A DNA stretch of 64,000 nucleotides from Coriobacteriia bacterium (lineage in GTDB: Bacteria > Actinomycetota > Coriobacteriia > Anaerosomatales > JBAZZO01): positions 37,947 through 101,946 of the forward strand of contig JBAZZO010000006.1 of assembly GCA_041658765.1 (NCBI GenBank), written 5' to 3'. Position 1 is the stretch's first letter, and each line of letters opens with the position of its first letter. Made by a program: the position numbers and the translations under genes. The notes under the pieces were generated by a model. That model saw only the letters and a program-made list of their open reading frames with translations, had not been told where the DNA came from and did not search any database. Below are positions 55,090 through 63,533 of the stretch, piece by piece.

Positions 55090-55292
55090 AACGTCACACA
55101 CGTCAAGGGCACGATACGCAAACAGGGAGTCCGCGTCAGACACAGTGAGCGGCTCGAGGATCAGCCGCTCGGTGGTGATTCCCGATGACAGCACGGCAGA
55201 CGTTCCTTTCAACGGCTAGCGATTTCCCGTGCGTCTAGCGATTCCCACTTCAGTACCCTCATCTTCGAGGTAGCGGATCGGGTCACGCGCCG

Positions 55293-55580
55293 TCAGCTTG
55301 CTGCTGCGAATCTTTCCACCGGCTCCGATGGCCGGCTCCGCGCCAGGTCGTACGCGGTCTGCAGGTTGATCCAGAACTCCGGCGTGGTCTCGAGCGCCTG
55401 CGACAGCAGCCATGCGGTCTCGGGAGTCACGCCTCGCTTGCCGCGGACCAGCTCGTTCACGCGCTGCACCGGCACACCAAGATGCGCGGCGAAGGCCACC
55501 TGAGAGATGCCGAGCGGGATGAGGAACTCCTGGCTCAGGATGACGCCGGGGTGCGTGGGGATGCGGTTCTCGGGAATCAC
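55293..55580 (-). CDS. higA: HigA-type antitoxin (XRE helix-turn-helix)
   Basis: GTG at 55580 follows AGGAGG. IPTHPGVILSQEFLIPLGISQVAFAAHLGVPVQRVNELVRGKRGVT is present. Confidence 0.85.
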   Translation of the reverse strand: MIPENRIPTHPGVILSQEFLIPLGISQVAFAAHLGVPVQRVNELVRGKRGVTPETAWLLSQALETTPEFWINLQTAYDLARSRPSEPVERFAAAS

Positions 55581-55594
55581 TTGCGAGCCTCCTC

Positions 55595-55885
55595 TCAGTG
55601 GTAGTCCATCAATCGGACCTTGTGGGCATGATCGCCCTCCCAGCGGAACACGAGTCGCCACTGGTCGTTGACGCGGATCGAGTGGGATCCCTTGAGGTCG
55701 CCCTTCAACACCTCGAGGCGGTTCCCGGGCGGCGAACGCAAGTCCAGCAGCGCCGCCGCCCCGTTGAGAACATCCAGCTTCACGAGAGCAACCGCTGCTA
55801 CCTCGCGCGGGAATCGCTGAGCGCGGTTGGTCGGACGTCCGTGATACAGGTCCTCCGTCGCACCATCACCGAACGAGACGATCAC
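55595..55885 (-). CDS. higB: HigB-type toxin (RelE/ParE superfamily, plasmid-maintenance killer)
   Basis: 96 aa. ...LEVLKGDLKGSHSIRVNDQWRLVFRWEGD.A..V.L.DYH is the HigB signature. GTG start follows an RBS. Confidence 0.85.
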   Translation of the reverse strand: MIVSFGDGATEDLYHGRPTNRAQRFPREVAAVALVKLDVLNGAAALLDLRSPPGNRLEVLKGDLKGSHSIRVNDQWRLVFRWEGDHAHKVRLMDYH

Positions 55886-55906
55886 CGCGCCCCCTCTCGC
55901 ATGCGT

Positions 55907-55943
55907 AGACTAACACTAACACGGTTACCGTGCAAGTGTGCAA
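55907..55943 (-). promoter_or_regulatory. candidate higBA promoter/operator
   Basis: On the minus strand, TTGCAC-N17-TAGTCT. The spacer holds the inverted repeat CACGGT-A-ACCGTG (55920-55932), and there is a tandem TTGCAC. Confidence 0.4.
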
Positions 55944-55994
55944 CCCAGGGGACGAATGTGGGAGTGGGAGCGAACGTTGGGCGTAACCCGGAAA

Positions 55995-56017
55995 CCGAGG
56001 CCCGCACTTGGCCTCGG
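55995..56017 (-). terminator. hairpin CCGAGGCC-N7-GGCCTCGG downstream of the lipoprotein gene
   Basis: 8-bp perfect stem. On the minus strand it is followed by UUUCC. Confidence 0.4.
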
Positions 56018-56082
56018 TGAGAGCGTAGCTCTAAGGGCCGAGGGTTGTCGCGGTTGACGCGCTTGTTACGCGCGACAGCTGA

Positions 56083-56622
56083 CTACAGGCGACCCATCTC
56101 CTTGTCGCTGAAGACGACGCTTAGCTCGCGGGGCGACGGCGTGCCATATCGGGGCGTGTTGTACGAGTAGGCCACTGCGATCCACAGTCTGCCAGCGACC
56201 TCGAACGTGCGCTCAAGCGACGCGGCTCCCTTTCGTGTCCTCGCCGTGAGCACATGTTTGCCGCGGGGCAGCTTGAGGACGTAGTAGCCCTGATCAGGCG
56301 ATGGGCTGATCGCGCTGTCCCGAGCAGAGGGAAGGAGACGGTCGACAACAACCTGGCCGTCGACTTCGACCCGGATGTCGATGGTATCGCCGGGGATGCT
56401 CCCGTTGTCGACGAAGAGGACCACGTTGCCTGACGGGTCGATGAGACTCGAGGTTGTCTCGCTCGTTGTGCCTGCCGTCTCGTCCGTCGAGGAGGCCGGA
56501 GCGCTGGGGTGGGCCGCAGGTGCATCGGCAGACCGAGTTGCCGCGTCTTGGGTCGTACAGCCCGCGATGCCAAGAGCTACCACAAGGGTAAGCGACGCGA
56601 GCACCGATGTTCTCAGCTTCAT
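56083..56622 (-). CDS. lipoprotein, unknown function
   Basis: ATG at 56622. The signal peptide has a lipobox, LVVALGIAGC. A low-complexity linker is followed by a beta-rich domain. Confidence 0.65.
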   Translation of the reverse strand: MKLRTSVLASLTLVVALGIAGCTTQDAATRSADAPAAHPSAPASSTDETAGTTSETTSSLIDPSGNVVLFVDNGSIPGDTIDIRVEVDGQVVVDRLLPSARDSAISPSPDQGYYVLKLPRGKHVLTARTRKGAASLERTFEVAGRLWIAVAYSYNTPRYGTPSPRELSVVFSDKEMGRL

Positions 56623-56749
56623 CGCTGAATCCCGTCTGCGCCTAACAGCGTATATGCAGACCGTGTGATCTCCCGACACAGCTCCCGCTTTCTGCGTGAC
56701 ACGATACGCCTCGCGGCTTCGCGCAGGGGAGGTCACCCCGCCCCCGCCC

Positions 56750-56779
56750 TTGCGCCCCCGCCCTCCGCATGCCTAGAAT
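56750..56779 (+). promoter_or_regulatory. sigma-70-like promoter TTGCGC-N18-TAGAAT
   Basis: The -35 element is at 56750-56755 and the -10 element at 56774-56779. It sits just upstream of the T-box leader. Confidence 0.5.
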
Positions 56780-56785
56780 GGCCAC

Positions 56786-57019
56786 ACTTCGCAGCACCCA
56801 TAGCGCAGCAAGGACGTGAGGGAAGAGGGACCGCCGCCCGCGGGCCCGGCCACCCCTCCGAAGTCCCCCGCCAGGGCGGTCTCCCCGCCGGAAGCGGGAC
56901 GGTGTCCCGAGCCGTTACCAGACCGGGGTCGAGGCTCCGAACCGCCGCGTGCGCCAGGAGCGAAGACAGGTGGTACCGCGATGGCCCCTCGCCCTGTCCC
57001 AAGGCGGGGGCTTTTGTGT
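56786..57019 (+). promoter_or_regulatory. T-box riboswitch leader (tRNA-sensing transcription attenuator)
   Basis: The T-box core GGUGGUACCGCG lies at 56969-56980. The antiterminator has helix A1 GACAGG (56965-70) paired with CCUGUC (56993-98), a 7-nt bulge UGGUACC, and helix A2 GCGA paired with UCGC. A competing terminator follows. The Stem I base has a K-turn-like GUGA (56816-19) opposite GA (56939-40) and an AAGAG specifier-loop motif. Confidence 0.85.
56984..57019 (+). terminator. intrinsic terminator of the T-box leader
   Basis: The GCCCCUCGCC / GGCGGGGGC stem (56984-57011) is followed by UUUUGUGU. Its 5' strand overlaps the 3' strand of the antiterminator. Confidence 0.75.
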
Positions 57020-57065
57020 CCCCGGGCCGCGTGTCCGGGCTCGCCCTCAAGGGAGGTTTGGCGAG

Positions 57066-58331
57066 ATGGGTACCGCCCGCATCGTCTTCGACCGCTGGGA
57101 CGGCCGGTATGCCGCGCGCATGCGCGACGTGCGCTCCTCGGCCGTTCGCGACCTGTTCGCCGCAGCGTCCATGCCCGACATGATCTCGCTATCGGGCGGC
57201 ATGCCCGAGGTCTCCCGCGTGCCCGCCGACGTGGTCGCGCGCGTCGTGCGCGACGCCATCCGTCACGAGGGCGCCTCCGCGCTCCAGTACGGCTCCTCCG
57301 ACGGCCGTCCCGAGCTGCGGGCGATCATCGCCGAGCTGATGGCCGAGATCGGTGTGCGCATCTCGCCGGGCGACCTCATCGTGACCGCCGGCGCGCAGCA
57401 GGGCCTCGACCTCCTCGCGAAGATCTTCATCGATCCCGGCGACACGATCGTCACCGAGGGCCCGACGTACGTCGGCGCGCTCCAGGCGTTCTCCGCGTAT
57501 CAGCCCAACATGGTGTGCGTGCCCATGGACGACGACGGCATGCGAGTCGAACTGCTCGAAGCCGAGCTCGCGCGCCTCGGCCCGCGCGGCGCGAAGTTCA
57601 TCTACACGATCCCGAACTTCCAGAACCCCGCCGGCGTCACGCTCTGTGCGGAGCGCCGCCGCCGACTGCTCGAGCTCGCGCGCGAGTACGACATCCCCGT
57701 CATCGAGGACGACCCGTACGGGCGGCTGCGGTTCGAAGGCGGCCACATGAAGCCGCTGCGCGCGCTCGACGACGAGGTGATCTACCTCGGCACGTTCAGC
57801 AAGATCTTCGCGCCCGGCCTGCGCCTGGGCTGGATGACCGCCCCGAAGCCGATACTCGCGAAGGTGCTGCTCGCTAAGCAGGCCGCCGACCTGTGCGGGA
57901 GCAACTTCGCGCAGGTAGCGGCGGAACGCTACTTCCGCGGCACGCGGTGGCGCAGCGTGCTGCGCGACCTGACCGAGACGTACGCGCGACGCCGCGACGC
58001 CATGCTCGAATCCCTCGCCGAGCACTTCCCGCCGGAGGCGCACTGGACGAGGCCGGAGGGCGGCTTCTTCGTCTGGGTGACGCTGCCCGAGTTCCTCGAC
58101 ACCGGGGCGCTGCTGCCCGAGGCGGTCGAGCACGGAGTGACGTTCGTGCCGGGGACGGGCTTCTTCCCCGACGGGCGCGGGCGCAACCAGATGCGGCTGG
58201 CGTTCTGCTATGCCGAGCCCGACGCCATCCGCGAGGGCATCCGCCGTCTCGGCGAGGTGCTCGAGGGTCGGCTCGACCTCTACCGCGCGTTCGCCGCCGC
58301 GGGCGCGCTGCCGATCGCGAAGGGGGCTTAA
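57066..58331 (+). CDS. PLP-dependent aminotransferase (class I/II, ARO8/LysN-like, no HTH domain)
   Basis: ATG at 57066 follows GGGAGG. 421 aa. The pattern SGGMP...YG...G...LR and the PLP lysine context GTFSKIFAPGLRLGW are present. Confidence 0.85.
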   Translation: MGTARIVFDRWDGRYAARMRDVRSSAVRDLFAAASMPDMISLSGGMPEVSRVPADVVARVVRDAIRHEGASALQYGSSDGRPELRAIIAELMAEIGVRISPGDLIVTAGAQQGLDLLAKIFIDPGDTIVTEGPTYVGALQAFSAYQPNMVCVPMDDDGMRVELLEAELARLGPRGAKFIYTIPNFQNPAGVTLCAERRRRLLELAREYDIPVIEDDPYGRLRFEGGHMKPLRALDDEVIYLGTFSKIFAPGLRLGWMTAPKPILAKVLLAKQAADLCGSNFAQVAAERYFRGTRWRSVLRDLTETYARRRDAMLESLAEHFPPEAHWTRPEGGFFVWVTLPEFLDTGALLPEAVEHGVTFVPGTGFFPDGRGRNQMRLAFCYAEPDAIREGIRRLGEVLEGRLDLYRAFAAAGALPIAKGA

Positions 58332-58334
58332 GGC

Positions 58335-59285
58335 GTGAAAGAGAAGATTGCGGTCCTCATGGGAGGGCGCTCGCTCGAGCGCGAGGTCTCGCTGCGCAGC
58401 GGCGAGCGGGTGTGCGCCGCGCTGACCGCGGCGGGTTTCCACGTGCTCGCGCTCGACGTCGTGCCCGATCTCGTCGAGACGCTGCGCCGCGAGCGGCCCG
58501 ACGCGGTCTACGTCGCGTTGCACGGCCGCTTCGGCGAGGACGGCACCGTCCAGGAGCTCCTCGAGTTCCTCGGGATCCCGTACACCGGTCCCGGAGTCGT
58601 CGCCTCAGCGCTCGCGTGGGACAAGTCGCTCTCGAAGCGTCTCTTCATGCAGCACGACGTGCCTACGCCGCCGTGGGTGACGTTCACCGCCGACGCCTTC
58701 AAGGAGATGGGCGCGGCCACCGCGCTCGACCTCGTCCCCGGCGCGGTCGGCGGCTTCCCGGTCGCGGTGAAGCCCGCCGAGCAGGGCTCGGGCCTGGGCA
58801 TGTCGCGCGTCGAGGACGCGGAGTCACTCCCGGAGGCGCTGCTCACCGCTCTCTCGTTCGGGGACGCCGCGCTCGTCGAGCGCTGGGTCGACGGCGTCGA
58901 GATCGCCGTCTCGGTGCTCGACGGGCCCGAGGGAGTCTTCGTGCTGCCGCCGGTCGAGATGGTCGCGAAGTCGGGCATCTTCGACTTCTCGGCGATGTAC
59001 ACGCGAGGCGAGACGGAGTATTTCGTGCCGGCCCGTCTCGAGCCCGCGGTGATGGCCGAGGTGGAGCGGCTCGCCGCGCAGGTGCACGCGTTGCTCGGCT
59101 GCCGCGACGTGAGCCGCGTGGACATGGTCGTCGGCGCCGACGGCACGCCTTTCGTGCTCGAGTGCAACACCAGCCCGGGGATGACCGACACGTCGCTGCT
59201 GCCGATGGCCGCCGAGGCCGCCGGCATCGGCTTCCAGGACCTGGCGGTACGGCTCGTCCGGGCGGCGCTCGATAGGGTAAAATGA
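58335..59285 (+). CDS. ddl: D-alanine--D-alanine ligase
   Basis: 316 aa. GGRSLEREVSLRSG, HGRFGEDGTVQELLE and the ATP-grasp motif ...ECNTSPGMT are present. Confidence 0.9.
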   Translation: MKEKIAVLMGGRSLEREVSLRSGERVCAALTAAGFHVLALDVVPDLVETLRRERPDAVYVALHGRFGEDGTVQELLEFLGIPYTGPGVVASALAWDKSLSKRLFMQHDVPTPPWVTFTADAFKEMGAATALDLVPGAVGGFPVAVKPAEQGSGLGMSRVEDAESLPEALLTALSFGDAALVERWVDGVEIAVSVLDGPEGVFVLPPVEMVAKSGIFDFSAMYTRGETEYFVPARLEPAVMAEVERLAAQVHALLGCRDVSRVDMVVGADGTPFVLECNTSPGMTDTSLLPMAAEAAGIGFQDLAVRLVRAALDRVK

Positions 59286-59302
59286 TGGGTAGATACCAAG
59301 GT

Positions 59303-59337
59303 ACGGACGGCGCCCCCGCGGCGCCGTCACAGTCCGT
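59303..59337 (+). terminator. GC-rich hairpin after ddl (GACGGCGCC-CCCGC-GGCGCCGTC core)
   Basis: A 9-bp perfect stem is extended by ACGGAC/GTCCGT. No U-tract follows. Confidence 0.35.
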
Positions 59338-59366
59338 GGGTCCTCGACGATGGAGGTGTTCCGAAG

Positions 59367-59816
59367 ATGTGCTGTGACGATCGCAGGGGCGGCGGGTTCG
59401 GCGCGTTCCTGCTGGGCGGGATGCTCGGCGCCGTGCTGGGGCTGCTCTTCGCGCCCCGCTCGGGCAAGGAGAGCCGCGACATCCTCGCGGGCAAGGCCGA
59501 GGAGCTCATGACCGAGGGTAAGGACCTATACGAGACCGGACGCGAGAAGGTCGTCGAGACCTACGCCACCGGCAGGACGGTAGCGACCGAGAAGACCGAG
59601 GAGCTGCGCGAGAAGCTCGATGTCGCGCGCGAGAAGCTCAAGGAGCAGGTCGGACAGGTCTCTGGTGTCGCGAAGGAGAAGGCCGCCGAGGTGGGCGGGG
59701 TCGCTAAGGACCTTGCCACCAAGGTGAGCGGGGCCATGCGCCACGGCGCGGACGCCATCGAGGAGGCCGCGGACGGCGTGACGCCCGAGGCGTCCGCCGA
59801 GCCGCCGCTGGTCTGA
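59367..59816 (+). CDS. YtxH domain-containing protein
   Basis: 149 aa. The N-terminal TM segment GGMLGAVLGLLFAPRSGKESR is followed by a long charged helical region. Confidence 0.7.
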   Translation: MCCDDRRGGGFGAFLLGGMLGAVLGLLFAPRSGKESRDILAGKAEELMTEGKDLYETGREKVVETYATGRTVATEKTEELREKLDVAREKLKEQVGQVSGVAKEKAAEVGGVAKDLATKVSGAMRHGADAIEEAADGVTPEASAEPPLV

Positions 59817-59893
59817 AGGGCGCCTGAGTTCGAGTGAACGGGGGCCGGGGCGCACGCGTCCCGGCCCCCGCGATTCCCGAGGAGGGGAGCGGA

Positions 59894-60595
59894 GTGGCGA
59901 GCGTCCTGCGTCTCGAGGGGACTCCGGTCGTCGGCGCCCGAGGCCGGCGGCTCGGGGTCGTAGAGCGCGTCCTCTTCGCCCCCCGCGAGCCTCTCGTCGT
60001 AGGCGTTCAGGTGCGACCGCGCCGCATCCTGGGGCTCATGGCGCGGCGGGAGAGGTTCGTCGTCCTTGCCGGGCTTACGTACGCCGAACGGGAGATCCGT
60101 CTCTCCGGGAAGCGTCTGCCCTCCGCGCGCGAAGCGGCCGCGGCGCTGGGCGGGGACTGGGAGGAGACCGTCGCCTGGCGAGGTATGCCCGTGCTCGACG
60201 AGGACGGAGAAGCCACGGGCGTGGTCCACGACGCGGACGTCTCCCTGCGCGACGGGTCGGTACGGTCCCTCGCGCTCTCGGGCGGAGTCGCCACCGACGC
60301 CGCCGTCGGGCGGGGCTCGGTCGCGGGCGGCGAGGTCATCGGTTTCGACGGCGCCGCCGTGCGGATCGCGCGGCCCCGCGACGATGTCGCCGTCTCGGGA
60401 GGAGCGGCCGCATCCGCGGGCAAGGCGACGGCCGCGGTGAAGGTGCATGGAGGCCGTGCGGCGAAGAAGGCGTACGATACGGGGGTGGCCGCGGCGATCG
60501 CCGTCGGCCGCGCGGCGCGGCGATCGGCGAAGCGAGGTCTCATCAAGCGCCTCAAGGACGCCGCGACCGTCGAAGAGGACGAGCCGGGCGCCTAG
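59894..60595 (+). CDS. PRC-barrel-like domain protein
   Basis: GTG at 59894 follows GAGGAGGGGA. Two repeats fit the pattern G..V...G..LG.V..V.F. Basic tail. Assignment is weak. Confidence 0.45.
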   Translation: MASVLRLEGTPVVGARGRRLGVVERVLFAPREPLVVGVQVRPRRILGLMARRERFVVLAGLTYAEREIRLSGKRLPSAREAAAALGGDWEETVAWRGMPVLDEDGEATGVVHDADVSLRDGSVRSLALSGGVATDAAVGRGSVAGGEVIGFDGAAVRIARPRDDVAVSGGAAASAGKATAAVKVHGGRAAKKAYDTGVAAAIAVGRAARRSAKRGLIKRLKDAATVEEDEPGA

Positions 60596-60622
60596 ACGCC
60601 CTTTCGACACGGGAAACGAAGG

Positions 60623-61261
60623 ATGCGACGTCTCCTCAAGCCGTTCGATCCAAGTGAGGCAGCCGGCCTTCCCGCCGTCTGCGCCGGTTGCGCGTTCTGG
60701 GAGTCGGACGTCGTGCGGCCCGTACGCTGCGGCGCAACCTGCGACGAGGCCCTCGTCGCCGAGCGCGTGCGCGCCGTCCACGAGGAGTGGGGCGAGATGG
60801 GCCGCGCGGCCTGGGAGGACGGAGAGCTTCTCGGGTTCGTGAAGTACGCGCCCGCCCGCTTCTTCCCACAGTCCGCCCTCCTGCCCGCCGGTCCGCCCTC
60901 CGAGGACGCGGTGCTGCTCGCCTGCCTCCACATCACTCCCGAGGCGCGCCGTCACGGTCTCGGGAAGCTCCTGCTGCAAGCCGCGATGCGCGACGCCGTC
61001 AGCCACGGCGCGAAGGCGTTGGAGGCGTTCGCGGCCGCGCGCCGTATCGACTACGAGACCTCGCCCGTGGTGGGGATGGAGTTCCTGCTCAGGCACGGGT
61101 TCACCGTACGGCGGCCGCACCCGGAGTACCCGCTGCTCCGTCTCGAGACGCGCTCGCTCGCCGTGTGGCGCGAGGACCTGGAGTCGATGCTCGAATCGCT
61201 ACGCTTCCCTTTGAGGGTCCCGGCGCGCGTGCCTTCGACCAACATGCGGGAGCGGGGATGA
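60623..61261 (+). CDS. GNAT family N-acetyltransferase
   Basis: 212 aa. The acetyl-CoA binding region reads LHITPEARRHGLGKLLLQAAM. Confidence 0.7.
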   Translation: MRRLLKPFDPSEAAGLPAVCAGCAFWESDVVRPVRCGATCDEALVAERVRAVHEEWGEMGRAAWEDGELLGFVKYAPARFFPQSALLPAGPPSEDAVLLACLHITPEARRHGLGKLLLQAAMRDAVSHGAKALEAFAAARRIDYETSPVVGMEFLLRHGFTVRRPHPEYPLLRLETRSLAVWREDLESMLESLRFPLRVPARVPSTNMRERG

Positions 61262-61746
61262 CGGCGGGTCCCGCTCGCAAGCCGGGGTCGCTCGAGCGCG
61301 TCCGCGAGTTCCTCGCCGAGCGCGGGCTCGAGGACCGTCTCGTCGTCTTCGAGCAGTCGACGAAGACCGCGCAGATGGCGGCCGACGCTATGGGGTGCCT
61401 CCTCGGACAGATCGTGAAGTCCCTGGTCTTCGCGGGCGGCGGCGAGGCCGCGATCGCGCTCGTGGCGGGCGACCGGCGCGGGGACGTGCCCGCGATAGCC
61501 GCCGAGCTCGGCTGGGCGCGGGCCTCGTTCGCGGACGCGGATGCGGTGCGCGCCGCCACCGGCTACGCCATCGGCGGCGTGTCCCCGTTCGACCTGCCCG
61601 AAGACCTTCCGCTCCTCGCCGACGATTCGCTGGCGCGCTTCGACGTCGTCTTTCCGGCCGGAGGCACGCCCGCCTCGATGGTGCGGCTCTCTCTCGACGA
61701 GCTGATCACCCTCACGGGCGCGCGCATGACGCGGATCTCGCACTAG
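61258..61746 (+). CDS. YbaK/EbsC-type aminoacyl-tRNA editing domain protein
   Basis: ATG at 61258 overlaps the upstream stop (ATGA). ...GQIVKSLVF...GYAIGGVSPF... is present. Confidence 0.7.
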   Translation: MTAGPARKPGSLERVREFLAERGLEDRLVVFEQSTKTAQMAADAMGCLLGQIVKSLVFAGGGEAAIALVAGDRRGDVPAIAAELGWARASFADADAVRAATGYAIGGVSPFDLPEDLPLLADDSLARFDVVFPAGGTPASMVRLSLDELITLTGARMTRISH

Positions 61747-61753
61747 GAAGGCC

Positions 61754-62914
61754 ATGGCATTCCTTCGATCCCAGGGCGCCGAGCCCGACGGGCCCCCGCC
61801 GTTGCGCGCGTTCGTGGCGACTCTCGCGGTCGTCCTCGCCGTGGGCTTCGCCCTCGCCGCGTACCTGCCGGTCACGGTGACGGTCGACGGCGTGCGCGTG
61901 TGGGAGCGTGCCGGGACGACGGTCGCGGAGGTGGTGCGACGCCACCCGCCGGCCGCCACTGCGGGCGACCTGCTCGCCGCGGCGGACCGGAGCGTGGTGC
62001 GCGCCGGCGGAGGCGACCCGTCGCGGGTGCTGCTCGAAGGGGTACCGGTCGAGCTCGACGCGCGCGTCTTCGAGGGGGCGGCGCTGACGGGCGTTCGCGG
62101 AGCCGACCGGGTCGAGCCGACGGAGACGACACGCGTCCTGGTGCCGAGCCCGGTCGTCTTCAAGGGAGCGGGGCCGATACTGCAGTTGGCGAGCCCGGGA
62201 GAGGCGGGCACCGCCGTCGTCGTGCGCGGGACCGTCTCCCGGCTGGTGGTCGCGACGCTGTCCGCCGTCCCGCCGACGCCGATGGTGTTCCTCCGCAAGC
62301 CCATCGACGGGGGGACCAAGGTGGTGGCGCTGTCGTTCGACGACGGCCCCTGGCCAGGTCAGACTGAACGCATCCTCGACGTGTTGCGCCGAGAGCGCGT
62401 CCACGCGACGTTCTTCATGGTCGGCTATCGTGCGAGCCTCGCGTCGGCGCTCGCCCGGCGAGTCGCGCGCGAGGGACACACGGTGGGGAACCACACCCAG
62501 CGCCACGTCGATCTCGGCCAGGCGGGAGCCCCGCTCGTAGCCTCCGAGATGGGCCGCGCGCAGAAGGTGCTGCTCGGCGACACGGGGGTCGAGCCGCGCT
62601 GGTTCCGGCCGCCGGGGGGATCGGTGAGCCCGCTCATCTATGCGCGCAGCCGGGCCCTCGACCTGAGGCTCGTGCTGTGGACGGTCGATCCCGAAGACTG
62701 GAGCCGGCCGGGCGCGGCGACCATCGTGAAGCGGGTGCTCGAGCTGGTGCGGCCCGGGGGTGTCGTGCTGCTGCACGACGGCGGTGGCGACCGGACCCAG
62801 ACGATCCAGGCGCTGCCCTACATCATCCGAGGGCTGCGGGCGCGGGGCTACTCGCTCGTGACGCTCGGCCAGCTGCCGGGCGCTACCTATCGCTTCCGGT
62901 CGCTGCGCCGGTAG
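61754..62914 (+). CDS. polysaccharide deacetylase (NodB homology) with N-terminal anchor and DUF348/G5-like region
   Basis: VVALSFDDGPWPG, TFFMVG, GNHTQRH and LLHDGGG motifs are present. Confidence 0.8.
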   Translation: MAFLRSQGAEPDGPPPLRAFVATLAVVLAVGFALAAYLPVTVTVDGVRVWERAGTTVAEVVRRHPPAATAGDLLAAADRSVVRAGGGDPSRVLLEGVPVELDARVFEGAALTGVRGADRVEPTETTRVLVPSPVVFKGAGPILQLASPGEAGTAVVVRGTVSRLVVATLSAVPPTPMVFLRKPIDGGTKVVALSFDDGPWPGQTERILDVLRRERVHATFFMVGYRASLASALARRVAREGHTVGNHTQRHVDLGQAGAPLVASEMGRAQKVLLGDTGVEPRWFRPPGGSVSPLIYARSRALDLRLVLWTVDPEDWSRPGAATIVKRVLELVRPGGVVLLHDGGGDRTQTIQALPYIIRGLRARGYSLVTLGQLPGATYRFRSLRR

Positions 62915-63468
62915 ACGACAGTGGCGGTCACGACGACGTCCACGAGCGCGTCGTGCTCCTCTCGCGGGAGCGTCTCGCGGACCTGCGCGTCGAAGGCGAC
63001 CCCGATCCGTGCGACGTGCGGCGGCAGGTCCGCCAGCAGGGTGTCGTAGAAGCCGCCGCCATGCCCGAGCCGGACGCCGGACCGGTCGAAGGCGAGCCCG
63101 GGTAGCACGACCGCGTCCAGTCCGTCCGCCGCCATGACGGGAGCGTCGGCGGCCGGCTCCAGGATGCCGTAGGTCCCGGGTGCGAGGTCCGTCTCGGAGG
63201 CGACGTGCAGCGTCAACGCTCGCGGACCGGTGACGCGCGGGTACGCGACGGCGGTGCCCCGTTCGCGCAGTAGGGCGAACGCGGTCGCGAGGTCGGGTTC
63301 CTCGGGGAGCGCGGCGTAGGCGAGCACGGTGCGAGCTCGCGCGAGCTCCGGGAGTGACAGCACTCTCTCGGCGATCTCCGCGGACTCCCGCGCGCGCACT
63401 TCGCGCGGCATCGCGCGCAGGGTCTCGCGGGCCTCCTTGCGCAGGGCGTTCTTGGGTCCGTCTTCCAT
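62887..63468 (-). CDS. 5-formyltetrahydrofolate cyclo-ligase
   Basis: ATG at 63468. LRKEARETL..., ILEP, VVLPGLAFDRSGVRLGHGGGFYD are present. Confidence 0.85.
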   Translation of the reverse strand: MEDGPKNALRKEARETLRAMPREVRARESAEIAERVLSLPELARARTVLAYAALPEEPDLATAFALLRERGTAVAYPRVTGPRALTLHVASETDLAPGTYGILEPAADAPVMAADGLDAVVLPGLAFDRSGVRLGHGGGFYDTLLADLPPHVARIGVAFDAQVRETLPREEHDALVDVVVTATVVYRRSDRKR

Positions 63469-63533
63469 GGCGACAGCATAGCGCCCGGCGCCCTCCCGAG
63501 GGAGGACTCGGCCATGTGGGTATATCGACGGAG

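Noticed and set aside
56931-56936. Glycine (GGC) as the T-box specifier
   Set aside because: GGC is present in the loop, but the antiterminator bulge is UGGU, which pairs with an A73 discriminator, whereas bacterial tRNA-Gly normally has U73. GCU (Ala) fits better but remains unproven.
56665-57877. ORFs 56665-57183, 56816-57877 and 56733-57050 covering the T-box leader
   Set aside because: They overlap a region with a complete T-box antiterminator/terminator, and they overlap the well-supported aminotransferase frame. Their composition is Arg/Pro-rich.
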